Below are positions 43,520-52,707 of a stretch of 64,000 bases of DNA, one piece after another. The notes below the pieces were generated by a model that was given only the letters and a program-made list of their open reading frames with translations, ran no database searches and was not told where the DNA came from. Within the stretch, counting starts at the first letter, position 1. Each line of letters opens with the position of its first letter. The DNA comes from Nitrospira sp. Its GTDB lineage: Bacteria > Nitrospirota > Nitrospiria > Nitrospirales > Nitrospiraceae. A program made the position numbers and the translations under genes. The stretch lies in NCBI GenBank assembly GCA_041743145.1, contig JBGTNJ010000032.1, forward strand, positions 4,692 to 68,691. Direction: 5' to 3'.

Positions 43520-44953
43520 CTAATCCGGGGTCTCCTTCCAGATCGACTCGCACAACGCGAGGTCGGGCCCCGAGGCGCGTGCCAGCAACTTAGCGATCTT
43601 GCGCACCGCCGACTCCATGCCCTCTTCCACCGTGGGATGATAAAACGGCAGTCTCAAAAATTCTTGCGCCGTCATTCGCTGTTGGATCGCACAGGCAAGC
43701 AAGTGCGCGAGGTGCTCGCCGCGCGGCGCGCACAGTTCGGCGCCGACTAATCGCCCGTCATTCCGGTCTGCATACACGCGCAACCACCCGCGATTTTCAG
43801 CCGCCATCACCGCACGGCCCTGGTCCGAGAAATCGAATTCACCGACGACCGTCTCGTCCTCATTCAGCTCGCCGAACACCTGCCCGACGGCGGCGATGTT
43901 GGGATCAGTGAACACAATGGACAGTGGCGTGCGACGCTGGAAACATTCTGGACTCCCGCGCAGCGCATTGTAGCCGGCGATGTACCCTTCATCGAGGGCC
44001 TCATGCAGCAGCGGCAGATGCCCGTTGACGTCACCCGCGATAGAGACGGGAAGGTCGCCTACTTGCATCGTCCGTGGATCGAAACACGGAATGCCATCCC
44101 CATCCAACTCTGCACCGATCTGTTCGAGACCGAGGCCGTCCAGATTGGGTCGCCGGCCGAGAGCGACGAGCACCTGGTCCACGATCGCTGTGTGAGCACC
44201 CGCGCTCACTCGTACGGAGGCGCCGTCCAGGTCGAGCTCCGCGTTGGTTCCGAGATACAGGCAACACTCCTCCTTCAGCATCGCCACGGCGGCTCGATTG
44301 ACGACCGGATCGGTCAAACCAGCCACCTGTTCGACGCCATCGAATCCGGTCACCTCGACACCAAGGCGACTGAGTGCCTGTGCCATTTCCGCGCCTACAC
44401 TGCCCAGCCCCACGACCGCCATGCGTGGCGGCAGCGTCTTCAGTTCGAAGAGGTCGTCGCTCGTTATGACTTGTTCACGAAAAGCTTCCCAGGCCTCTGG
44501 AACGATCGGTCGTGATCCGGTTGCAATGATCACGCGCCGGGCCTTCACCCGTCGGCCGTCCACCTCAAGGAGGTCCGGGGCGACGAATCTGGGGCGACCC
44601 GTGATGCTGCGTTCGCCGAGATCCTTGGTTCGCTCCAGCACGTACGCGACAAACGCATCGCGCAACCCTCGCACGCGATGCAACACGGCTGCACGGTCCA
44701 CGGTCAACCGGTCTCCGCCGGAGATTCCCATTTCCCGGAGCCGATGCCGATGGTGGAAGGCGTTGGCCGCCTCGATCAACGCCTTCGACGGCATGCAGCC
44801 GACGCGCGCGCAGGTCGTGCCATAGGCTCCGTCGTTGATGAGCACAAAGTTTTCTGTATGCCGCCGGATCTCTCGCAGTGCGGAGAGGCCTGCGCTTCCG
44901 GCCCCGATGATAGCGACGTCGACGTCTCGATTCATTGAATTTTTCGCTTCCAT
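43520..44953 (-). CDS. Class-I pyridine nucleotide-disulfide oxidoreductase (dihydrolipoyl dehydrogenase-like)
   Basis: GAGSAG, GTTCARVGCMPSK, ATGS, G.G.VG.E, AGD, FYHPTVEE. No E1/E2 genes are adjacent. Confidence 0.88.
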   Translation of the reverse strand: MEAKNSMNRDVDVAIIGAGSAGLSALREIRRHTENFVLINDGAYGTTCARVGCMPSKALIEAANAFHHRHRLREMGISGGDRLTVDRAAVLHRVRGLRDAFVAYVLERTKDLGERSITGRPRFVAPDLLEVDGRRVKARRVIIATGSRPIVPEAWEAFREQVITSDDLFELKTLPPRMAVVGLGSVGAEMAQALSRLGVEVTGFDGVEQVAGLTDPVVNRAAVAMLKEECCLYLGTNAELDLDGASVRVSAGAHTAIVDQVLVALGRRPNLDGLGLEQIGAELDGDGIPCFDPRTMQVGDLPVSIAGDVNGHLPLLHEALDEGYIAGYNALRGSPECFQRRTPLSIVFTDPNIAAVGQVFGELNEDETVVGEFDFSDQGRAVMAAENRGWLRVYADRNDGRLVGAELCAPRGEHLAHLLACAIQQRMTAQEFLRLPFYHPTVEEGMESAVRKIAKLLARASGPDLALCESIWKETPD

Positions 44954-45700
44954 GTCTCCCGTTCCTTACGGGCTGGCCCCGTCGTTCTGACCGCTTGATC
45001 CCGCTTCGACGCCCCCTCTCACGTTACAGTCTGACCCTCTTTTCAAGACTGTCTCATTCTCGCCATCGCGCTCTCGATTGCCTCTTTCGTATCTTCCCAG
45101 GCTCGAATCAGAACGGATGAGATATCCTTCCAGGCCATCTCCGCCCGACCTCGTCGCACAAGAGGCATCTACACGAATAAATGACAGCCGGTGGATTTTC
45201 ATCGACGACCAACATGAGTCGGTTTCGTTTGAACGGATACGCGGGATCTCTGGCGTAGCGCCCGAGATCTTCGGAAACTTCGGTGCGGCTCAGCGCACGC
45301 ACACATGTTGTTTCATGTGGCGGACGCGTGGTGCGATGGAGAGGTCCGCCACCTGCTCGGTGCAGCCTCTCACTTCCGCAACGAGGTCTGTCCCGTCCAG
45401 GAAGTGCGTGGTACCGCGTTCCTCCGATCGATCCACGGAACAATCTTCTTGATCTTGTCCTTATTGTCGATGCCTTCCTCCATTTACATGATGATGCCCC
45501 CTCGGCATGAACCTCTTCATCCATGCCCAATGACAGCGAAGTGCAAGACACAAGCCGTTTCGAATATGTCGCTGAATACGCCGAGGAACGGGGCTACTGC
45601 CCTTTTACGCAACACATCGGAACGATGCACTGAGGCGTTTGGCGACAGAAATGGCGGTTTCTCTTTGGACGCAGTGTCCTAGCAGTCTGTCGGTCTTCTC

Positions 45701-45741
45701 ATCAATTTTCCCGACAACCCTGCATTGTCGGGAAATTTGAT
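45701..45741. other. 17-bp-arm hairpin just inside the IS right end
   Basis: ATCAATTTTCCCGACAA-ccctgca-TTGTCGGGAAATTTGAT, with 1 mismatch. Confidence 0.7.
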
Positions 45742-45820
45742 CGTGTTTTCGTCGAACAGATTTTTAGATTTCCATCAAAGAACTTTTCACACGCTCCAAC
45801 GCTACCGTTGCCGTCGCAAA

Positions 45821-47197
45821 TCATGCCGTGGCGACTCGACACGACCCAGCCAGCACAAACATTCGCGTCACGTTCCACGCCATCGCCACCAGATTCCACT
45901 CGCCTTTGACGTGTTCCAATCCGCGCAGTGAGAGTTGGCGGAATCCCAATATCGCCTTGATGATGCCGATCACCGGCTTCACGGTGCATTTGCGTTTCGC
46001 AGAGAGTGCCCGCCCCGCTCTCGTCAGGAGCACCTGCCGCATCCTCTCCACCTCCGTTGCGTCTGCCTTGAGCAGCGGCGGTCCGGTAAATCGCGCCAGC
46101 GGGTCAGGGTGATGCGCCTCCCGCTTCATCGCACTCAACGGCGTCATGGAATGCTCACCACAGGTCTTGACCTTGGCCTCGGAGACGTACCCCGCATACG
46201 CGACCAGGTTGACCGGCTGCCCCAGTTCGACCGGCAAGGCCTTGAGCTGCTTGAGGATGGGTGCCACCTGTTGTTTGGCATTGCACGCCTGCACGGTGTC
46301 GGTCGTCACGATCAGCAGACTGTCCATGTCTACCGCAATCTGACCGTTGCAGCATTGCTCAAATCCACCACCGGATACTTTCATGATGCGGGATTTTTCA
46401 TCGGTGAGATTGATGTGGTCCGTGTCCTGCGCGCCCGCTATCGGTGGCATAGGCACGTTGCCGCGAGGGAGCTTGCCACTTTTCCTTGATGTGGCCGCAC
46501 GCGTATCCAGCTTGGCCTGGTAGGTTGCCTGCGCCTGCTCGAACCGTTCTTTGGCGCGTGCTTCTATTTTGGTTTTGGCGGCGGCGATGGCTTTGGGCCG
46601 GTCTTCACGCCGGGCGATCTCGGCAGGCAAACTGAGGCCATCCGGTATCTTCTCGTTGTCCGCCGCCTCGGCCAATCCCATGAGCTTCGTGACTTCACCC
46701 TGTGGGTGCGCTTCCAGCCTCTTGATGTGGCCGTAACTCAACGCACAGTGTTTGGATGTGTTGGCTTTGAGCTTGCTGCCGTCCAGTGCCATGTTGCCGA
46801 GCTTGAACACCCCCATTGTGCAGGCGATCATCAGGACTTGCACCATCAGCGCTTCGATGTCTTTCAAAAACCGTTTGCGAAAGGTGTTCAGGGTGTCGTG
46901 GTCGGGGTGCTCATCCGCAGCCACAAAACGAAAGGCGATGGAATCGTAGGTGGCGTGCTCCAGTTTCTGGCTGGAGAACACGCCGGTGGCATAGCCGTAC
47001 ACCAAGATAGAGAGCAGTCATGTCGGGTGAAACGGGGCACTTCCGCTTGTGCCGTAGACACGTTCCATGGCCTTCACGTCCAGTTGCTCGACAATCTCAC
47101 GGATGAATTGGGCCAGATGATGTTCCGGTAACCAGTCATGCATCGACGACGGAAACAGGTAGTGGATGTCACGTTTGATGGGCTTGAATCGGCTCAT
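45821..47197 (-). pseudogene. IS1182-family DDE transposase with an in-frame TGA
   Basis: ATG 47197 MSRFK..YLFP..DWLPE.HLA...FHPT*LLSILVYGYATGVFSS (TGA at 47018-47020). Continues HPDHDT..FR.RF, LDGSK.KAN, NLTD..SRIMK, V.PVIG.IK..LGFR..LRG. Confidence 0.85.
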
Positions 47198-47275
47198 ACA
47201 GACTCTCCCGCTTGTTGAGGAACACGCGTCATTATAATACCGATTGCAAGAGTACAGCATCGGTTATTTGTGATT

Positions 47276-47776
47276 TTATAATGCAGGAAGTCCGACAGGC
47301 TGCCAGTCCACCTTGATCTCAATGGCTTTCGATTTTGCTTTCTGGGATTTCTCGAGATGCACGTGGAGCACCCCGTCTTTGTAGTCAGCCGACACCTTAC
47401 TCCCATCCGCATCCTCCGGAAGAGAGAAGCTGCGCACGAAGCTCCCGTAAACGCGTTCGACCCGGTGATATTTTCTCCCCTTTCCTTCCTTCTCGAATTT
47501 CCGTTCACCGGAAATCGCCAAGACGTCGTGCTCCACCGTGAGGCGCACGTCCTCTTTTTTCATGTCCGGCAACTCGACCTTGATGAGGTATTCCTTCTCA
47601 TCCTCCGTAATGTCCACCAGCGGAGACCACTGGGCCACCGTGAGGGCTTCCTTCCCCCCATGTCCCGTCGCTTCCCGACCTCTCAACATCGCCGCCAACC
47701 GGGTTTCTAAGTCCTCCCGGTCGTGGAACGGGTTCCACCGATTTCTGAAAGGCTCCCAGCGTATCAGTGTATTCAT
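47276..47776 (-). CDS. Small heat-shock protein (Hsp20/alpha-crystallin); the C-terminus reads 9 codons into the IS end
   Basis: PLVDITE, ELPDM.K, L.ISGER, ER.YGSFVRSF.LP, A.YKDGVL, IEIKV (IxI). Confidence 0.93.
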   Translation of the reverse strand: MNTLIRWEPFRNRWNPFHDREDLETRLAAMLRGREATGHGGKEALTVAQWSPLVDITEDEKEYLIKVELPDMKKEDVRLTVEHDVLAISGERKFEKEGKGRKYHRVERVYGSFVRSFSLPEDADGSKVSADYKDGVLHVHLEKSQKAKSKAIEIKVDWQPVGLPAL

Positions 47777-47831
47777 ATCCTCATCTCCTCGTCGTCATAG
47801 AAGTGAACATTCAGTACCCTTACGGTCCGCC

Positions 47832-48074
47832 TCACTTGCGGCTGACGGATCCAGCCAGCTCATGTTCCGCCTTCAACCAGTCTTCTAAATCCTGGCCGTC
47901 CTGTCGGTCCCGTTGCTCATACAGTTCATACGCGCGTTGCGCAATGTGGTGGTGATCAACCGCAGCTCGTTTGAATGCCTGTGCCATCTGGCCGGTCTTC
48001 TCACCGGTCGGACTGGCGTAGGATGTCACCTCCCTTTGTTGCGCGGTGGTTCGACTGAGATTCGTCTCCTTCAT
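47832..48074 (-). CDS. DUF2934-like small protein
   Basis: IAQRAYELYEQR.R.DG.DLEDWL.AE. Own ATG 48074 with RBS AAGGAGG. Confidence 0.8.
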   Translation of the reverse strand: MKETNLSRTTAQQREVTSYASPTGEKTGQMAQAFKRAAVDHHHIAQRAYELYEQRDRQDGQDLEDWLKAEHELAGSVSRK

Positions 48075-48174
48075 CGTGCACCTCCTTATTGAAACCCTGT
48101 GCGCTGCCGTCCGCCGACACCACTGTGGTCGGTTCTCAGCGGACGAAGCGCGCGTCTGTTGGGCAGATAACCCC

Positions 48175-48473
48175 CTAGGCCTTCTTTTCACCGTGAGATC
48201 ATTCTTCACGGATTTCACGCCCGTTACGAACCACGCCGTCCAGGACGCATGGGCACTCATCGCGATGTCCTTGACCTCGCCGATCAGTGAAACGACCCCT
48301 GCGTTGGTCTGCACCGAAATATCGGCCTTCTTCAGATGGGCATCCTTTGCGAAGTGCTCCTTCACGCGGGCCGTAATGGCCCCATCCTTCTCCTCCACTG
48401 CTTCCTATTTCGACGGGGCGACGACCTCAAGGTCGTTCTTTATGCTCTTGACGCCATCGAGCAGTTTGGTGGT
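48175..48473 (-). pseudogene. BON/OsmY-domain protein remnant (5' deleted, in-frame TAG, lost stop)
   Basis: TTKLLDGVKSIKNDLEVVAPSK*EAVEEKDGAITARVK...VQTNAGVVSLIGEV...GVKSVKNDLTVK. TAG at 48405-48407. An out-of-frame TAG at 48175-48177 is the probable original stop. Confidence 0.7.
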
Positions 48474-48651
48474 GTCTCCCTCCTGTGTTAGAGCGTGATC
48501 TCGCCAATTGCGTATCGTTCTGGCCTGGCCATCTTTACACTCACACTTGCTTGCCAAGGCGGTAAGAAGACCCACAGTAGCCCGGTCGCCATTGCTCACT
48601 GCGGAACATATGATCTGGCACACCGCAGGACGCGGTTCCCTGTGCGAAGGC

Positions 48652-49426
48652 TCATCCATACGATGGGCGGCAGTCGTCGAGGACGACAGTGCGAAGCGAA
48701 CGGTGCACGTACAACCTGTCGTTGTAGTGAACGAAACCCCGTTTGCGGAACCTATTCAAAAAGCAGCTGACGCGGGAGCGCGTGGTGCCGATCATCGCGG
48801 CGAGCACGTCCTGGCTCATCTTCGGAATAACCGCCTCCGTCTGGCCATCGTTCTCAAAGTGGGCCAGTAACAGCAGCACCCGCGCGAGCCGCTTCTCGCT
48901 AGAAATGGAAGAGTTGATCCACCACATCCTCTTGAATGCGTATCGTGCGAGCCAGCAGATAGGACAGAAACCGTTCGGCGAACACGGGCTCCTCACGCAG
49001 CGCACGGATCATGGCGTCTTTGTGGAGGCGCACGAGCGTGGAGTCTTCCACGGCGGTCGCCGTCGCCGCACGCACCGGCTGTCCGGCGAGGCAGGATTCC
49101 CCCAGACAGGCACCCCGTTCCAGCATCGCGACGACGGCTTCTTGGCCCTGCGGCGAGACCACGGTCAGTTTGACCGTACCAGCCTGGATATAGAACACGG
49201 CATCCGCCGCCTCTCCTTGGGAAAAGATCGTGTGGTTCTTGGGAGACATCAGCACGGTTGCTCCCTTCACTCCCTCCACTGTCCACCGGTCTTTGTGGGA
49301 CACCCTTCTGCGCTCACCATGCGCCGAGCGCTCCCGGCGTGAGGTCGCCGTCTTGTCCGCGGCCTGTGTCCGCCCTTGCACCGAGCGCTCCCGTTGTTTC
49401 CAGTGAATCCTATCCGACGTAGGCAT
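48652..49426 (-). pseudogene. Crp/Fnr-family transcriptional regulator with a +1 frameshift
   Basis: IFSQGEAADAVFYIQ.G.VKL, LGESCLAGQ..R.ATA..., DQLFH then continues in another frame as SSEKRLARVLLLLA...SQDVLAAMIGTTRSRVS (HTH). One extra T in the run at 48903-48905. Confidence 0.85.
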
Positions 49427-49571
49427 AGCGACTCCCTCACTGCGTTAGGTGCGTTGATCCTGCTGGTTTCACCCGAACACGAGCGCTCCGCTTCCATCAC
49501 CGCTCGGCGACCCACGGGAATCAGCAAGGCGTTGCCGATCATCAAAACGCTCAGGTGCGGTGCACCCAACA

Positions 49572-49727
49572 TTACAGCCGTCCGGTCAGGGCCAGGATGA
49601 GGAGAATGAGCAGGATGACGCCCAACCCCCCGCTGGGGTAATAGCCCCAGTTCGTGCTATGCTGCCAGGTCGGTAATGCCCCAACAAGCAATAGCACCAG
49701 CACGACGATCAGAATAGTGCTCATCAT
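49572..49727 (-). CDS. DUF3309-like small membrane protein (51 aa; below the ORF-track cutoff)
   Basis: MMSTILIVVLVLLLVGALPTWQHSTNWGYYPSGGLGVILLILLILALTGRL. RBS AAGGAG. Confidence 0.85.
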   Translation of the reverse strand: MMSTILIVVLVLLLVGALPTWQHSTNWGYYPSGGLGVILLILLILALTGRL

Positions 49728-50477
49728 CTCGTGTCTCCTTTGTTCCGGACTTGCCTCACTGCCTCTCAGCTGTGACGATCCATTCCGCCGTCACACCTGC
49801 TTCGCGCTCGACAACCGCTCACGCTCCAACTGCAGAGCCATAAGCCTCGTTTCGACTGACTCGGTCAGGACCGAATGATTCCGACATCCCAAACACGTGA
49901 AGTCTATGGTGCCAAAGACATGCCCGTGTGGTTTCGACATGAAGTCAGGCAGTTAAGAAGTTGGGCGGGCGAAGAAGTAGGGATTCTGAGGTGAAACTCC
50001 TCACACGGAAAATCACTGGGTGGGGAACAGAGCGACACCTTGGAGAGTCCGATGCGGAGCGTCTCCGGTACGTCGACAAGGGCCTTCGAACCAGGACCGC
50101 ACTGCCTCTCAATCGGAAACAACTGAGCCCAAGCCTATTTGGAAGAACGTTTCGGAGTTAGAACCAGAACTTTGCTCGTTCAAAGTGAAAACAGATGGCA
50201 CGTCCAGCATCAATCGCTCAGCGGACAGGCGTACAGGATATCTCTGAGAACAGATTAGGTTGGACAGCAGTGGGGATGGAGCACGGCTACGCTTATCATG
50301 AGATACCTCTTCCAGCCGCCCACCGGGTCCGATTCCTCAGTTGCAAGCGTTCCCTCAAACTCGTATGGTAGGGGGGACAGCGTAACCTGACCGCTCTCTC
50401 CTGTTCCCTTCCGATAGAAACACCCTGTGAAGAGATGCCTCTCCCCAGGATGTTCGCAAACACACTCTCAACTGATT

Positions 50478-50753
50478 TTACTCTGTCTTGGCTTTGAGTT
50501 CTTTCGCCTTACCTTTGATTCTCTCTCCGGCCGCTTTTGTTTTTCCCTTCGCCCGTTCCATTGCACCTGTCATTTTATTTCCTTTGGCCTCTTCCGTGAG
50601 GGCTTTCACCTCACCCTTGGCCTTTTCAGCACTCGCGTTCGCTTTGCCCTTCATATCCTCAACTGCAGCTTTCGTCCCATCGGCTTGAGCGACATGCTGC
50701 ATGCCAACGACCACAAACAGAAACGCCGTAGCGGCGATCATGATCTTTTTCAC
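50478..50753 (-). CDS. Small secreted CsbD/LEA-like Lys/Ala/Glu-rich protein
   Basis: Signal peptide ending AQA, then repeats EKAKGEVK, ERAKGKTK, ERIKGKAK. GTG start with AGGAAGG. Confidence 0.65.
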   Translation of the reverse strand: MKKIMIAATAFLFVVVGMQHVAQADGTKAAVEDMKGKANASAEKAKGEVKALTEEAKGNKMTGAMERAKGKTKAAGERIKGKAKELKAKTE

Positions 50754-50858
50754 GGGAACCTTCCTGGTAAGAATTTGAAAGATTGTGATCTTGCGTGATG
50801 CTCTGCACCACCATCAGTTAACCATTACAGTGTGCCTGCTCGACCAGCCAGGGTCTGG

Positions 50859-51689
50859 TCAAAAGTGCTCAGTAGAGAGGGCGAGTTCATCGATCGACAG
50901 GACATCGGGATTGCTCGTGAGCCCCTCCGCCATCAGAAATGGGTTGTGGCTGACCTGGTGGAACTGATGATGATGCTCCGGCAACGCCGCCAACATCAGG
51001 GACTGGCCGGACGGTCGCGAATGGTGCTCCAGGACCGAACGGTCGATCGCACGGAAGAGCCGGTCTGCGTCGATGTCTACCTCGTCCTTCTTTCCGCCAT
51101 GGCCGTGGTGCCTGGGCGTGTGGGCCCCGCCGACGCCACCATAGGAGACGACAGTCAGGTCCGGCTCAGTCAACTCGTCGCCTCGCGCCTCGGCGATCGT
51201 CCGCGGAACTCCCTCGGCTAGTGCAACCTCGTCGAGCACATTGCGGTTCCTCTCGAAGAATCGGATCTTCTGGAAGCTCAGCCCCAGAACCTGGTAGCGC
51301 TCGACCGATTGTAGGAAGCACCGCAAAGGCTTGGTGTGGAAGCTGTCGGCCACGACGGCCAATTCGGCGACCGGCCGCTGCAGACGGAACACGTGAAACA
51401 CGCCGAGCCCGCCCAGCACGGTCAGCCCATCCAGTGTGTGGCTCCAGAAGTCCTAACTGTCGGCGAGTGCGTCAAACGGTTCCCGAAGGAGCCGGGTTTC
51501 GGCAGCCGGATGCTTCTGCCGGAGCGAGGTCTTCAGCTCCTTCACAAGATTGCGAAACCGGATCGGGTCTTGCTGATTATCGGGATGGCGCCGATGGGTC
51601 GGCTGATAGAGCAAGGGGCACGGCGGCTCATGACTTGATACTAATTCGGCCACCAATTCGTTCGTGAGCACAGTCCACTTCTGACTCAT
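50859..51689 (-). pseudogene. baeRF3-like (bacterial archaeo-eukaryotic release factor family 3) protein; in-frame TAG and 3' truncation
   Basis: LYQPTHRRHPDNQQDPIRFRNLVKE...DALADS*DFWSHTLDGL..., VADSFHTKPL, RYQVLGLS, HHGHGGKKDE, LAALPEH. TAG at 51453-51455. Confidence 0.75.
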
Positions 51690-52377
51690 TTCCTGCCCCC
51701 TGTTTTGTGGCTCGTCACTTCAATTCAATCACTGACCATCTAGACTGCTGGAGGCCATGGTTAACGCCTGCTGTCGGTATAGCCCGTAACGTGCTAAGCT
51801 CCGTCATATTCATGCCACGAGAGTGGTGGTCGAACGGTCAAATACAACGTGCACAAAACCGAAACGGATGTCGTTGAGAGTTCATCTCTCGGACACGTCA
51901 CGCGATTGCACACGGAGTCTTCGATGCCTGTCAAACTGAACCACCAAGTACACACAACTGCTCGCACGATGATTTCGGAGCGCGTGTCGCGCGGGGCGAG
52001 CCGGCCACCGGTCCCGAATCCACGTCCGCCGAGGCAACCGAAAGATCCTCGTCAGCCACCTAGTCCTCGCGGGCCGATCCGACCGGTCCACAAATAAACG
52101 GCGCGGTACGCGAGGTCCTGGAAGTCGATTTCCTCTATCAGTCGCATGAAAAGCGGCAGCTCTTGTCGCTTCCAGTCATGCTTCGACTGGCTTCACACAC
52201 ATCCGCCACGAACTTCGCTGAAAGGCGCCTCCATCACGGAGGAAGCCACCGGGTAACGGGCCGCTTCTTATGGAGTGCCGCGCGTGCTTCGTTTCCGCCG
52301 CCTTGGCGACGGTCCCGGCGGCTTTCTCGGCGGCCGTGTCGTGTCAGGTCGATCCGGGCTGAGGGCATGCAGCCTAG

Positions 52378-52620
52378 ACGCGCTTCCTCCTGTGTGTAGA
52401 GCGGCGAGACCGGCTCCTTCCCCTGGCGCTCACGTTTGCGGTTGTCCCATGCGGCATCCTTCTCGTTCAGATACCCGGCGTCTTCCAGCATGATCCGGCA
52501 CAGATCCGCAGTGGCTCGAAGGTATGTATGGGTCCCTTGAAACCCTGTTTCACTGAGAGCGGCAGCCGCCCTGAGTGGTCCAGATATGCATGGGTGAGGA
52601 CACCTCGGAAGTCTATGCCC
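52378..52620 (-). pseudogene. Remnant of an MBL-fold beta-CASP ribonuclease
   Basis: IDF.GVLTHAYLDHSGRLPLSVKQGFKGPIHT, then a frameshift to RATADLCRIMLEDAGYLNEKDA.W.NRK...PLYTQEEA. Both ends are missing. Confidence 0.7.
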
Positions 52621-52707
52621 AACTGCGCCATCATTCACCCGTTGCACTGGGAACTTGAAACCGCCCAGTCTAAAATCAGACGATCTTGATAAGAATGAGC
52701 GGCCGGG

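Larger units (their letters stand above)
45679..47306 (-). mobile_element. Degenerate IS1182-family insertion sequence
   Basis: Terminal IRs CTAGCAGTCTGTCGGTCTT (45679-45697) and CTGGCAGCCTGTCGGACTT (reverse complement of 47288-47306), 16/19 identical, enclosing a transposase. Confidence 0.85.

Noticed and set aside
43190-43520. Short ORFs upstream of atpD
   Set aside because: No family features; they overlap each other and the oxidoreductase 3' end.
45078-45560. ORFs between the oxidoreductase and the IS
   Set aside because: No recognisable motif in any frame. A purine-rich RBS-like patch suggests a remnant, but I cannot name it.
47832-48398. 188-aa BON-DUF2934 fusion in the ORF track
   Set aside because: Artefact of a lost BON stop. 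DUF2934 has its own ATG and strong RBS at 48074.
52060-52240. Protein-like minus-strand stretch HDWKRQELPLFMRLIEEIDFQDLAYRAVYLW
   Set aside because: No start codon, flanked by stops, and no family recognised. Possibly another remnant, but unsupported.
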